A stretch of 64,000 nt of DNA, taken from contig NZHD01000094.1 in assembly GCA_002691205.1 (NCBI GenBank), positions 44 through 64,043 on the forward strand. The letters are read 5' to 3'. This stretch comes from Deltaproteobacteria bacterium (lineage in GTDB: Bacteria > Myxococcota_A > UBA9160 > UBA4427). The notes under the pieces were generated by a model. That model ran no database searches. It saw nothing but the letters and a program-made list of their open reading frames with translations, and was not told the origin of the DNA. This document shows, in pieces, positions 44,161 through 53,881 of this stretch (its first letter is position 1; each line of letters starts with the position of its first letter). Both the position numbers and the translations under genes were made by a program.

Positions 44161-46335
44161 ATGACGAACTTTTCAAGAATTCCAGTGATTCTGTTTGCCG
44201 TCGCAATTTTTTCGGGAGCATTTCTTTTATTTCTTGTCCAGCCCATGGTGGCCAAGCGCATTCTTCCGTGGTTCGGCGGAGGGCCGGGCGTCTGGATGGC
44301 TTGTCTGATGTTTTATCAGACGACGCTCTTTTTCGGATACCTCTATGCCCATGGCCTTGTGCGGTTTTTTTCAATCAAGTCACAGGTTTGGCTCCACGGG
44401 TTGGTGCTGCTCGTGGCGTGGGTTGTATTGCCCGTCCTTCCAACGGATCGCTGGCGCCCGAGCCCCTCTGATGACCCGAGCCTTGCGATTGGCGTCTTAC
44501 TCCTCGCCCATGTTTTCGTGCCCTTTTTGAGTCTGGCCGCAACGGGTCCCTTGCTTCAGGCCTGGTTTGCTCGTGGATATCCTGAGCGGTCACCCTACGT
44601 ACTTTATGCGGTCTCGAACGCGGGATCGTTTGTGGCCCTTTTTCTCTTTCCAATGGTGATGGAGCCCGTTTTTTCTCTTGAGCAGAGCGGTCAGATTTGG
44701 TCCATCGGCTTTGGATTAATGAGCATCTTGATTCTGTCGTCGGGCCTGTGGGTTCTCAGAGCAGGCCTCTCTCAGTCTGATTCGAGCCCATCGATTGAAG
44801 CGGGTCGAAATTTTGAGTTGAACTCAAAAAGTATCAACGTATCCCTTTGGATTTCACTTTCGGCATGTGCGGTGGTGCTCCTCATGGCGATTACCAATCT
44901 CCTTTGTCTGGATGTTGCGAGCGTTCCCTTTCTCTGGGCTCTTCCTTTAGGAATTTATTTACTCAGTTTTATTGTTTGCTTCAGTTCGGAGAAGGCTTAT
45001 AAGAGGTCCCTTTGGATACTGATCGCATTGCTCGGGCTTTCAGTTCAGTACGTTGTCTCTGCTCTGTTTCCGGAGTTCAATGCTTTTCAGAGAGTTCATA
45101 ATTCGGTTCTTTTTCAAATCTTTATCTTCTCGTTAATTTTACTTTCGCTCTGCATGCTCCTTCATGGCGAATTGTATCGACTCCGCCCACCGTCTCGATC
45201 ATTAACTTCTTTTTACCTAGCCGTTTCCGGTGGCGGAGCTGTGGGTGGCCTCTTTGTGGGTGGCCTAGCGGCTCAAATTTTTAACGACTATCACGAGGTG
45301 ACAACGGGCTATTTGGGCTCTTTGCTTCTCTTGTTTTTTGTCTTCAGCCGAGGGAAAACGAGTTGGTTGAGTTTTCAGCGTAATCCGTGGAGGTCTGCTT
45401 TGATTCTGGGCCTTAGTCTGATTATGGCTGGGTATTGGTTCAAGGAAAGCATGAGAGAGCCCGAGGGTCTAATTCTAAAGGAGCGAAGTTTTTTCGGAGT
45501 CGTTCGGGTGGTGGATTGGGACGCTGAGGGTTCGAACGACAAACGGAGAGTGATTCGGCATGGGACCACCGTGCATGGAGTTCAACTCCTTGAAGAAGAA
45601 CTTCAGGGTGTTCCTACTTCGTATTACGGGGTTGTGACAGGCATCGGATTAGCGATGCAGCAGCGCAGTCCAGACGTTCCCATTCGGATGGGCGTACTGG
45701 GATTGGGTGTAGGGACAATGGCTGCATATGGTCGCGAGGCCGATGAATTTCGATTTTATGAAATCGATCCGGTGATTATTGAAATGGCGAGTCAGTCAGA
45801 TTATTTCACGTATATCGATGACAGTGCGGCCGAGGTTGAAATCATTTCTGGCGATGCGCGCCTCGCGCTTCAGGAGGAGTGGGAAGCGAACGGAAGTCAG
45901 GAATTTGATTTTCTCGTGGTTGATGCCTTCAGCAGTGATTCGATTCCGGTCCATCTTTTGACCCGCGAGTCTTTAGAATTATATGTAAGGCATCTAAAGG
46001 AGAACGGGGTCTTAGCTTTTCATATTTCAAACCGATATTTTAACTTGGAGCCTATTGTTTATCGCCTATCGAAGGAATTGGGTCTCTCTTCGATTTCGGT
46101 TCGTAATGCACGAGCGGGTCTTAGAAGGGGCTCTGCCTCTTGGTGGGTTTTCCTGAGCCCCTCAGAAAAGCGAATAAGGGGCTTTCGCGTCTTTTTAGAG
46201 GGTCAACGTCGGCGAATGGGACAAGGCTCAGAGAGGTTATCCATTCGTGAGATTCCCGATTTTCTGGCCATTCGTGCGCCGCTTTGGACGGATGATCACA
46301 GCAGTTTGCTAGGGATTCTCTTTAACTGGAATTGA
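44161..46335 (+). CDS. Fused polytopic membrane domain / spermidine-synthase-like (class I methyltransferase fold) protein
   Basis: About 430 aa of TM helices followed by VLGLGVGTMAAYGR...YEIDP...VVDAFSSDSIPVHLLT, a spermidine-synthase-like fold. 724 aa. Confidence 0.8.
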   Translation: MTNFSRIPVILFAVAIFSGAFLLFLVQPMVAKRILPWFGGGPGVWMACLMFYQTTLFFGYLYAHGLVRFFSIKSQVWLHGLVLLVAWVVLPVLPTDRWRPSPSDDPSLAIGVLLLAHVFVPFLSLAATGPLLQAWFARGYPERSPYVLYAVSNAGSFVALFLFPMVMEPVFSLEQSGQIWSIGFGLMSILILSSGLWVLRAGLSQSDSSPSIEAGRNFELNSKSINVSLWISLSACAVVLLMAITNLLCLDVASVPFLWALPLGIYLLSFIVCFSSEKAYKRSLWILIALLGLSVQYVVSALFPEFNAFQRVHNSVLFQIFIFSLILLSLCMLLHGELYRLRPPSRSLTSFYLAVSGGGAVGGLFVGGLAAQIFNDYHEVTTGYLGSLLLLFFVFSRGKTSWLSFQRNPWRSALILGLSLIMAGYWFKESMREPEGLILKERSFFGVVRVVDWDAEGSNDKRRVIRHGTTVHGVQLLEEELQGVPTSYYGVVTGIGLAMQQRSPDVPIRMGVLGLGVGTMAAYGREADEFRFYEIDPVIIEMASQSDYFTYIDDSAAEVEIISGDARLALQEEWEANGSQEFDFLVVDAFSSDSIPVHLLTRESLELYVRHLKENGVLAFHISNRYFNLEPIVYRLSKELGLSSISVRNARAGLRRGSASWWVFLSPSEKRIRGFRVFLEGQRRRMGQGSERLSIREIPDFLAIRAPLWTDDHSSLLGILFNWN

Positions 46336-46574
46336 TGCGGCCGTGGCTTCGCTGAAGTCGGTGGGGGCGAGTCTCATCTGTTCGCGAATTGTGTCTGACA
46401 TCTCAAGATTTGAACAATCTCTGCGGTCAATCAGATCGACTTGTTCTTCTTCTGAGGAAGGGGTTTCCAGGAAAACAGTAAAACCCTGGTGCATCTTAGG
46501 ATTTAATGACATAGTGTATGTCAATATTAAGAATCAAGTGAAGGCTCTTTCGTGAGTCAAACTGAGGAGAAAAA

Positions 46575-47513
46575 ATGCATTTTAGGAATCGGGTGACTCA
46601 GATGCTCGGGGTCGATACTCCGATCATTCAAGCACCAATGGGGTGGATTGCTCGTTCGCAGTTGGCGTCTGCTGTTTCCAATGCTGGCGCAATGGGGATT
46701 ATCGAAACCTCTTCGGGTGAGTTGGAGGCGATTCGAATTGAAATCCAAAAAATGCGCAAACTGACCGAGAAGCCTTTTGGCGTGAACGTGGCGCAAGCCT
46801 TTGTTCGAGACCCCTCAATCGTTGATTTTATCGTCGATCAAGGCGTTCAATTTGTGTCGACTTCGGCGGGGGACCCAAGAAAATATACGCAGACTTTAAA
46901 AGAGGCCGGTCTGACCGTTTTTCATGTGGTGCCTACGCTTCGAGCCGCGGAAAAGGCGGTGGCGGCGGGGGTTGATGGGTTGATTGTTGAGGGTGGGGAA
47001 GGGGGCGGTTTCAAGGCAGCGACTCCGGTGTCAAGCATGGTCCTGATTCCCTTAATTCGTTCACGATTTGATATTCCGATGATTGCGGCTGGGGGTATCT
47101 GTGATGGGGTATCGATGGCGGCGGCTTTCGCTCTGGGGGCCGAAGGTGTTCAAATGGGTACGAGAATGGTTTCGGCCATGGAATCTCCGGTGCACGATGG
47201 GTGGAAGCAGTCCATCGTGAGTGCCACCGATACGGACACCGTTTTTCTTCAATCAGCCGGCCCCTGTTTGAGAGCGCTTCGCACGGAGACCACTGAGGCA
47301 CTGGCGAGAGGCGAGGGTGAAGCCATGAGTAAGTTAGCAAGCGGAAAGGATGCCGTTTATTTTGGTGGCCGAATGGAGGAGGGTGTGGCACTGACGGGCC
47401 AAGTGGCCAGTCGCATTGATTCAGTCATCCCGGTTGCCCAAATTATTGCCGATACGATTCTTGAATACTCAAAGACGGTTGAGCGCCTGCACTCCGAGAT
47501 GCAGCCTGATTGA
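46575..47513 (+). CDS. Nitronate monooxygenase (NMO/2-nitropropane dioxygenase) family FMN enzyme
   Basis: TPIIQAPMGWIA, AGGICDG and other TIM-barrel FMN motifs. 312 aa. GAGGAG SD. Confidence 0.9.
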   Translation: MHFRNRVTQMLGVDTPIIQAPMGWIARSQLASAVSNAGAMGIIETSSGELEAIRIEIQKMRKLTEKPFGVNVAQAFVRDPSIVDFIVDQGVQFVSTSAGDPRKYTQTLKEAGLTVFHVVPTLRAAEKAVAAGVDGLIVEGGEGGGFKAATPVSSMVLIPLIRSRFDIPMIAAGGICDGVSMAAAFALGAEGVQMGTRMVSAMESPVHDGWKQSIVSATDTDTVFLQSAGPCLRALRTETTEALARGEGEAMSKLASGKDAVYFGGRMEEGVALTGQVASRIDSVIPVAQIIADTILEYSKTVERLHSEMQPD

Positions 47514-47579
47514 TTTGAAGCCTCTACGTCATTGAGAGTATTGGGCCTGATTAAGAGCGCGCATATTGCGCGAAAAGAT

Positions 47580-50500
47580 TTAAGGAAGAGAGGCTTGACC
47601 GTCAGTGGGAAGGTCGTCTTGTGTTTTTTTACGACGTATCATGTCTGTGAAATCCTTTAGAATCAAGTAACCACAAGGGACAAGGAAGAGCGTCACTGCA
47701 GACGCACAGAGGACTCCATAGGCGAGAGAGATTGCCATGGGGACCAAGGGTTTCGCTGAGATGGCTGGCTCAAACATCAGTGGGATGAGGCCTATAAAAG
47801 TTGTCATGGATGTTAGAAGGATCGGTCGGAATCGGTCCACGGCAGCTTGTCGAATAGCCTTTTCGATAGGCAGGCCACCGTCCGTGAGCGAGTTGATTTT
47901 GTGCACGAGAACCAACGAAGCATTTACGACAACCCCCGAAAGGGCCACGATTCCGAGCACGGAGAAGAAGACTAAGTCCCACCCCATAATTAGGTGCCCC
48001 AAGATCGCTCCAACCGCTCCAAAAGGAATCACGGCCATAATGATGAAAGGTTGGACATATGATTTCAATGGAATCGCGAGCAGAGCGTAAATCATCAGCA
48101 TCGTGAGTGAGAAACCGAGGATGAGTCCATCACGTGCTTCTGCGACGTCACGCTGTTCTCCTCCGAGCTTATATTCCACACCTTTAAATGGGGCAAGAAT
48201 TTCGTCGATGTCGACTTTGACATCTTCGAGAATACTCTCAGGGGTGGTCAATTGACGGTCCACATCGCCTGATACCTTCACAATTTTTCGACGATCACTG
48301 CGACGGATGGTTGCGAAGCCCCTTCCGAGATCGGCTTCGGCGACAGCGGAAAAAGGCAATTCGGTTCCCGCAGAGGTCCGGATATGCATATCTTCCAGAG
48401 AACCGAGAGAAGTTCGCTCATTCTTGGGATACCGCAGCATGACCTTCAGGTCATCGCGTCCACGTTGTACTCTTTGGACTTCTTCGCCATAGAAGGACTG
48501 TCTTACTTGTCGTGCCAGCTCTGCTTGGGTGATTCCAAGAGGTCTTGCCTCTGGTCGTAAGGAAAGCCTCAGCTCTTGCTTTCCAGCCCTGAAACTGTCG
48601 GAGACATCGCTCACTCCTTCGTAGGATGACAGACGCTTTTTGAGCACCTCGGAAGCTGCCTTAAGAGTCTCAATGTCGCCTCCGCTGAGTTCGATGCTCA
48701 TGGCCTCGCCCGCACTGAAGGCTTCGCCGATGAATTTGAGTTCAACCGCTCCGGGAATTGGCCCGACACGTTTTCGCCACATATCTGAGATTTCAAAAGT
48801 TTGAATGGATCGCTCGGAGGCTGGGTTGAGCTCGATGATGACTTCTCCGAGATGTGTACCGCCGGAGGTGACACTCATGTCTGGAGGACCATCCTTGGCG
48901 AACTGTTTGCCGATGGAAGACATCGTGTATAGGAGTTCCGCACCGGAGTTTGTCTCTTCTTTGAGGTACCGGTTCATCTCCACTGCAGCGCTTCGGATAT
49001 TATTGAGAGCAGACTCAGTTTCTTCGATTGGAATTCCGCGAGGCATCGTGAGCGAGGCGTATACGACGTTTCCTTCGATGGCCGGAAAAAATTGGTACCT
49101 GAGACGACCACTTGCGAGAATGGCAAGAGTGACGATGACAATTCCGACCGCTATGGCTGCCGTGGCGTATCTCCATTCCAGAGCGCGCAGAAGACCTTTC
49201 CCATACTTCACACCTAAATTTTCGAATCCAGTCGACATTTTGGATTGGAATCTTAACCAGAGTCCCGATCGAGAATCATCCTTTTCAGTCGGGGGCGTAA
49301 TCTTTCGATGAGCGAGATGCCCTGGAAGAATCCACTGGGATTCTATGAGAGAAAAAATCAGACAGAGGATGGCGACGTATCCGATGGTCCCGAAGAAGGC
49401 TCCCATTCGTCCGGGTATGATGGCGAGGGGAATAAAAGCCGCGACGGAGGTGAGAACGCCAAAGGTGACCGGAATATAAACATCTTGGGTTCCTAGAATG
49501 GCAGCTTTGATCTGGTCTCCGGTTTCTTTTTCACGTGTGTAGACGCTTTCGCCGATCACGATGGCATCGTCGACGAGGATTCCAAGGACGAGAATGAAGG
49601 CCATCACGCTTAGCGTACTGATTGTGAGGTCGAACCCTGGAAAGCACATGACGGCGCCCAGCAGCGAAATGGGGACCCCCGCGGCAACCCACATGGCGAG
49701 TCGGAATTTGAGAAAGGTTGCGAGGATGAGAACGACTAGAAAAAGTCCGCCCAGTGCATTTGAGCGCAAGGCATCGAGTCTGATTCGAAGGTCTTCTGCG
49801 GCATCAGCCGAAGTTGCTATAACGACCGCGTCAGGCATTCGAGATCGAAAAGAGGCAATCCAAGGCCTAATCGCGTTCGCGATGTCCAGTATGTCCTCTT
49901 CGCCGACACGTTCGACTTGAAGAACAACGGCTTTGGACCCATTATAGCTGGCCTGAATATCAGATTCTTCGAAGCCATCATTGATAAGGGCAATGTCGCC
50001 TAGCCGAACGTTGGTTCCGTCAGGGTGAGAGATAATGATGATGTCTTCAAAGTCCGCGTCTGTGTAGGCCTGACCGACTGATCGCAGGAGAACTTCACCG
50101 CCTTGAGTTTTTACAGATCCGCCGGGCAAATCTAAGGATGAATTTCGAACGATGTTTGCTATCTCAGAGAGGCTAATTTGATGCCTTCGCAAAGTTTCTT
50201 CAGAAACTTCAATGGAAATTTCATACTCACGATCGTATTCAAGGGCGACTTGAGAAATTTCAGGAAGAAGCACGAGTTCGTTTCGGGCCTTCTCTCCGAT
50301 GGCCTTTAGACTCTGCTCGTCGAGATCTCCAGTGATAATGATTCGCATCACGGGTTGTCGCATAAGGACTTTTGCTATGACCGGCTTTTCGGCTTCGTCG
50401 GGAAAGGTGTCGATGGCGTCTACACGGTTTTGAATTTCGTTGAGTGCCTCATCCACTTCGGAGCCTTGAACCATGATCACGCTGACAATGCAGGCCCCTT

Positions 50501-50759
50501 CAACCGCCATAGAAGAGAGTTCATCGATATCGACGACACTTTCAATCTCTTCTTCGATTCGAATACAGACGGATTCTTCGTTCTCTTCGGGACTTGAGCC
50601 CGGGTACTCAACGCTGACGCGGATGACATCTGTGTCTACGGAAGGGAACTCCTCCTGTCGTAATATTGAAAGCGATGCGAGACCGCCTACGATGAGGAAA
50701 GCCATGAGCAGATTTGAAGCGACGGGATTGCGAACAAACCATTCTATAATTCGGCTCAC
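47580..50759 (-). CDS. RND efflux transporter, inner-membrane permease (AcrB/HAE family)
   Basis: 1059 aa with the typical 12-TM and two large periplasmic loop organisation. N-terminal IIEWFVRNPVASNLLM. Confidence 0.95.
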   Translation of the reverse strand: MSRIIEWFVRNPVASNLLMAFLIVGGLASLSILRQEEFPSVDTDVIRVSVEYPGSSPEENEESVCIRIEEEIESVVDIDELSSMAVEGACIVSVIMVQGSEVDEALNEIQNRVDAIDTFPDEAEKPVIAKVLMRQPVMRIIITGDLDEQSLKAIGEKARNELVLLPEISQVALEYDREYEISIEVSEETLRRHQISLSEIANIVRNSSLDLPGGSVKTQGGEVLLRSVGQAYTDADFEDIIIISHPDGTNVRLGDIALINDGFEESDIQASYNGSKAVVLQVERVGEEDILDIANAIRPWIASFRSRMPDAVVIATSADAAEDLRIRLDALRSNALGGLFLVVLILATFLKFRLAMWVAAGVPISLLGAVMCFPGFDLTISTLSVMAFILVLGILVDDAIVIGESVYTREKETGDQIKAAILGTQDVYIPVTFGVLTSVAAFIPLAIIPGRMGAFFGTIGYVAILCLIFSLIESQWILPGHLAHRKITPPTEKDDSRSGLWLRFQSKMSTGFENLGVKYGKGLLRALEWRYATAAIAVGIVIVTLAILASGRLRYQFFPAIEGNVVYASLTMPRGIPIEETESALNNIRSAAVEMNRYLKEETNSGAELLYTMSSIGKQFAKDGPPDMSVTSGGTHLGEVIIELNPASERSIQTFEISDMWRKRVGPIPGAVELKFIGEAFSAGEAMSIELSGGDIETLKAASEVLKKRLSSYEGVSDVSDSFRAGKQELRLSLRPEARPLGITQAELARQVRQSFYGEEVQRVQRGRDDLKVMLRYPKNERTSLGSLEDMHIRTSAGTELPFSAVAEADLGRGFATIRRSDRRKIVKVSGDVDRQLTTPESILEDVKVDIDEILAPFKGVEYKLGGEQRDVAEARDGLILGFSLTMLMIYALLAIPLKSYVQPFIIMAVIPFGAVGAILGHLIMGWDLVFFSVLGIVALSGVVVNASLVLVHKINSLTDGGLPIEKAIRQAAVDRFRPILLTSMTTFIGLIPLMFEPAISAKPLVPMAISLAYGVLCASAVTLFLVPCGYLILKDFTDMIRRKKTQDDLPTDGQASLP

Positions 50760-51940
50760 GTTCGACTCTTTTCCGCTTCGCTAATCGGAATTACTTGCAT
50801 GCCGTCGACGGCCCACTGAAGAGAAGAAGTTCCGACTCGCTCTCCGTCCTCTATGGGCACACGTAGAAGGACGTCTTCTTGATCAATTCGTAAAATGTCA
50901 ACATTGCGCAGATGGATCCGGTCTAATTCGTCGACCACAATGATTTGGTTTCCGTCGCGAATGGCCGCGCGGGGCAAGGTCAAGATGTTTTTTGCAAGAG
51001 CGCCTTCGATTTCGGCTTGGACGAATAGGCCCACGGCCAAAGGCGGGGACAGTTCTAGACCGTCTGTGTTTTTTCGCTGAGTTTCGTAAGGGTCCTCTAC
51101 GCGTGCGACGATGTGGAGCATCCTGCTTCTTGAGTCAATCTCGCCTTCTGTCCTTACGATTTCACCTTCCCAGGATTGTTCGCGACCCGCAAAATTGGCT
51201 TTTAGGATCACCTTAGGCCGTGTTTCATTTTCGGCATCGAGACGCTCAAGCTCAATAAAAGCCAATTGTTGATCCGCGACCGGAAGCCGAATCTCTGCAA
51301 AGTCCGTAGAATAGAGGGTGGCGATTGGAGATCCACGCGAGACAAACTGTCCGATGTCGACGTTTTCTTCTCTCACCCGCCCTTTAAAGGGCGCACGCAA
51401 TTCGCATCTCTCTAGATCTCGCTCTGAACGATAGAGCGTGGCCCAGGCCGCCTCGAGAATGGCTGAGGAAACACGAGCCGCTCGCTTGGCGGCACTCAGT
51501 TGCGATGAACTGGTCGCTTTTTCCCGAGCAAGGCCTTCTTGGCGTCTGAGCTCAGAGGCGGCGTGTTCAGATTCTCCCTCGGCCCTGGCGACTTCTGCGC
51601 GAGCTTGCGCGACAGCCGTCTGGTAGTCCCGAGCATCAATTCGGAGGAGGGGTTCACCTGGCTCAAAGAAGCCACCTGAAGCGAGAGCGGGGGAGATCCA
51701 GACGACAGGTCCCGAAACCTCGGGAACCAGTGTGCTTTCGGTTCTGGGTATGACGGTGCCCTGACTTCTGATCTTTAATCGAATGTCTTTGGGCATAGCA
51801 TTGGTCACGCGCAGCGCCGGCAGCTCAGTCGCCGTAGATTTCCGTTCTATCTCGGGAGCTGTGGCCATGACGACAAATGCGGCCAAGCTAGCAACGAGCA
51901 GAACGCCTAAGGGTAGAATGATTTTCTTGCGTTTTATCAA
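50756..51940 (-). CDS. RND efflux periplasmic adaptor (membrane fusion protein, HlyD-like)
   Basis: N-terminal anchor, coiled-coil region and beta-barrel domains. 4-nt overlaps with both neighbours. Confidence 0.9.
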   Translation of the reverse strand: MIKRKKIILPLGVLLVASLAAFVVMATAPEIERKSTATELPALRVTNAMPKDIRLKIRSQGTVIPRTESTLVPEVSGPVVWISPALASGGFFEPGEPLLRIDARDYQTAVAQARAEVARAEGESEHAASELRRQEGLAREKATSSSQLSAAKRAARVSSAILEAAWATLYRSERDLERCELRAPFKGRVREENVDIGQFVSRGSPIATLYSTDFAEIRLPVADQQLAFIELERLDAENETRPKVILKANFAGREQSWEGEIVRTEGEIDSRSRMLHIVARVEDPYETQRKNTDGLELSPPLAVGLFVQAEIEGALAKNILTLPRAAIRDGNQIIVVDELDRIHLRNVDILRIDQEDVLLRVPIEDGERVGTSSLQWAVDGMQVIPISEAEKSRT

Positions 51941-52677
51941 CTTGCTTCTCCGGCGCGTTTTGTTTCCTGTTTTTCTTTGATCTGGTTGTGCAGGATGAGA
52001 ATGGCTTTGGTCCGAACTTGAGTGGAGAGGTCGTTGAGGAGTTCGGCGACGGCCGGTCCATCTCGGTCTTTGAGAGCTTTCTTCACCGCAGAGACTCCAG
52101 AGATCCTCATCTCGTTCGAGGCACTCAAAAGCTCGGCGTGCCCCTCGATCTGTGTGATGAACTGCGTTCGAAGCGCCCGATGAGCCAGCTCGAGAACGAG
52201 GTTTTGGCTGGCTTCGACGAGCGTGTCGATGAGTCGAGTCATGATCTCATATTCCTCGCTGGCTCCGAGATTCGGTGCGGCGAGTTCGCTCAAGAGTTCA
52301 AGGCAGTGATCGATTTGTTCATCCGTTCCACGTTCTGTGGCGAGCCGGGCCGCTAAAATGCCAAGGCTCGCCGAGACCTCAAAGACCATGCCGACAATCT
52401 CTGGGTCGGGCGGACTGGAAAGGGCCATGAGATGCCCGACGATATCTAGACTGGCTTTTTCGAGGGGACAGACTCGAACTCCGCCAGGCTGGATGCTGGC
52501 CAATCCGAGTTGTTCAACCTTCTTCAAGCCTTCACGCACAGCGCCTCGCTGCACTTCAAATCGTTCGGCGAGCGCACGCTCGGAGGGCAGGCGGTCACCC
52601 GGTTGGTAACGGCCGTTTAAAATGTCGCTTCGAAGATCCCGGGCGATCCGGTCGCTTTGTGAGTCTGGGGGGGGCAT
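51937..52677 (-). CDS. GntR-family (FadR/FCD subfamily) transcriptional regulator
   Basis: N-terminal winged HTH (GDRLPSERALAERFEVQRGAVREGLKKVEQLGL) plus an all-helical FCD-like C-terminal domain. Confidence 0.9.
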   Translation of the reverse strand: MPPPDSQSDRIARDLRSDILNGRYQPGDRLPSERALAERFEVQRGAVREGLKKVEQLGLASIQPGGVRVCPLEKASLDIVGHLMALSSPPDPEIVGMVFEVSASLGILAARLATERGTDEQIDHCLELLSELAAPNLGASEEYEIMTRLIDTLVEASQNLVLELAHRALRTQFITQIEGHAELLSASNEMRISGVSAVKKALKDRDGPAVAELLNDLSTQVRTKAILILHNQIKEKQETKRAGEAS

Positions 52678-52730
52678 ATGTCGGTTGGGCTTGGCTGAAG
52701 GGCTTTTACTTCTGGCTCCGATGAAGCATT

Positions 52731-52755
52731 TGGTAGTACCAATTTGGTAGGACCA
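52731..52755. promoter_or_regulatory. Two tandem GntR/FadR-type palindromes TGGTAGTACCA and TGGTAGGACCA (candidate operators)
   Basis: 52731-52741 is a perfect palindrome TGGTA-G-TACCA. 52745-52755 is TGGTA-GG-ACCA. They lie 54-78 nt upstream of the GntR ATG in the divergent region and match the t.GT...AC.a core expected for GntR regulators. Confidence 0.5.
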
Positions 52756-52975
52756 AAATAGCAGAGCAGCTAGGTAAATCCATCTCCCTCGGGGGCATTG
52801 ATTGGTCGACTCAAATGGCTCTTGGTCTCGCGAGGCCTTAAGGTCAAAAGCTGGATTGCTCTAACCTTTCTGAGTTGAATAGAGGCGCTCAAGACACAGG
52901 AGCCTCTGCGCAGGGGCTAAACTCTGGCTTTCACGAATAGGATGCATTTAAAGCATTGAGGGAGCGGCGGAGCTG

Positions 52976-53797
52976 ATGGAGCACAAGTTGATTCGGTACG
53001 AGGTTCATGAGGCCATCGCGACCCTCACGCTGGACCGACCCGAGAGACTCAATTCTTGGACGGGCCGAATGCATGCAGAGTATCGAGATCGGCTCGATGA
53101 GGCCGAGGGTGACCCTGAGGTTCGAGCCATCATGATCACGGGAGCGGGCCGAGGCTTTTGCGCCGGGGCGGACACCCGGGCCCTAGAGAGCCATGTAGAA
53201 CGCGGAGGGTACGACCCAGGGACTCCCATCGATTTAGCTCAACCTGGATATGGGGTGAGGGATGAATTTGATGCGGACTTCGCTTTTCAGTTTGGAATCA
53301 GTAAGCCCATCATCGCCGCCCTGAACGGACCAGCGGCCGGAGTGGGGCTGGTGATTGCTTGCTATGCGGACCTTCGCTTTGGCGTGCCGGGTGCAAAATT
53401 GACGACGTCGCATGGACGCCTAAACCTTCCCGCAGAATATGGTCTTTCATGGCTTCTTCCGAGACTGATTGGGTTGACCCGTGCGACTGAGCTCTTGCTC
53501 TCGAGTCGCGTGTTCATGACTGAGGAGGCTTTTGAGATCGGCCTTTTGAATGGTCTGTTTCCCTCTGATGAATTGCTACCTCGAGTTCGAGAGTACGTTC
53601 TCAATCTGATCGAAACCGTTTCGCCGGGTTCCATGTCTGCGACAAAGAGGCAAATCTATACGGATCTTCATCGAGACGTAGGCACCTCTGTGGAAGAGGC
53701 ACAAGTCTTGTTGGATGCAATGACGAAAGAAGATGATTACCGGGAGGCGGTTTCCGCGTGGACTGAAAAGCGAAAGCCGGATTGGGGAACGAAATGA
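52976..53797 (+). CDS. Enoyl-CoA hydratase/isomerase (crotonase) family protein
   Basis: ITGAGRGFCAGAD oxyanion motif. 273 aa. Confidence 0.9.
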   Translation: MEHKLIRYEVHEAIATLTLDRPERLNSWTGRMHAEYRDRLDEAEGDPEVRAIMITGAGRGFCAGADTRALESHVERGGYDPGTPIDLAQPGYGVRDEFDADFAFQFGISKPIIAALNGPAAGVGLVIACYADLRFGVPGAKLTTSHGRLNLPAEYGLSWLLPRLIGLTRATELLLSSRVFMTEEAFEIGLLNGLFPSDELLPRVREYVLNLIETVSPGSMSATKRQIYTDLHRDVGTSVEEAQVLLDAMTKEDDYREAVSAWTEKRKPDWGTK

Positions 53798-53881
53798 GTA
53801 TTTCCTTTGGAGTTTTTTTCTTAAGAGGCTGACTCTAGAGGCCTGCTCTATCATTCAAACACTGGAGGTTTAAGTGTCGTG

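Noticed and set aside
46309-46524. A 71-aa acidic ORF on the minus strand between the spermidine-synthase fusion and the NMO gene.
   Set aside because: It has no SD for any of its three candidate starts. It overlaps the 3' end of the convergent gene by 27 nt. It has no recognisable motif, so coding status cannot be supported from sequence alone.
47558-47572. Hairpin GCGCGCA-TAT-TGCGCG between the convergent NMO and RND genes, considered as a bidirectional terminator.
   Set aside because: The stem is only 6 bp, the loop is 3 nt, and neither side has a proper U-tract. Convincing intrinsic terminators are rare throughout this window.
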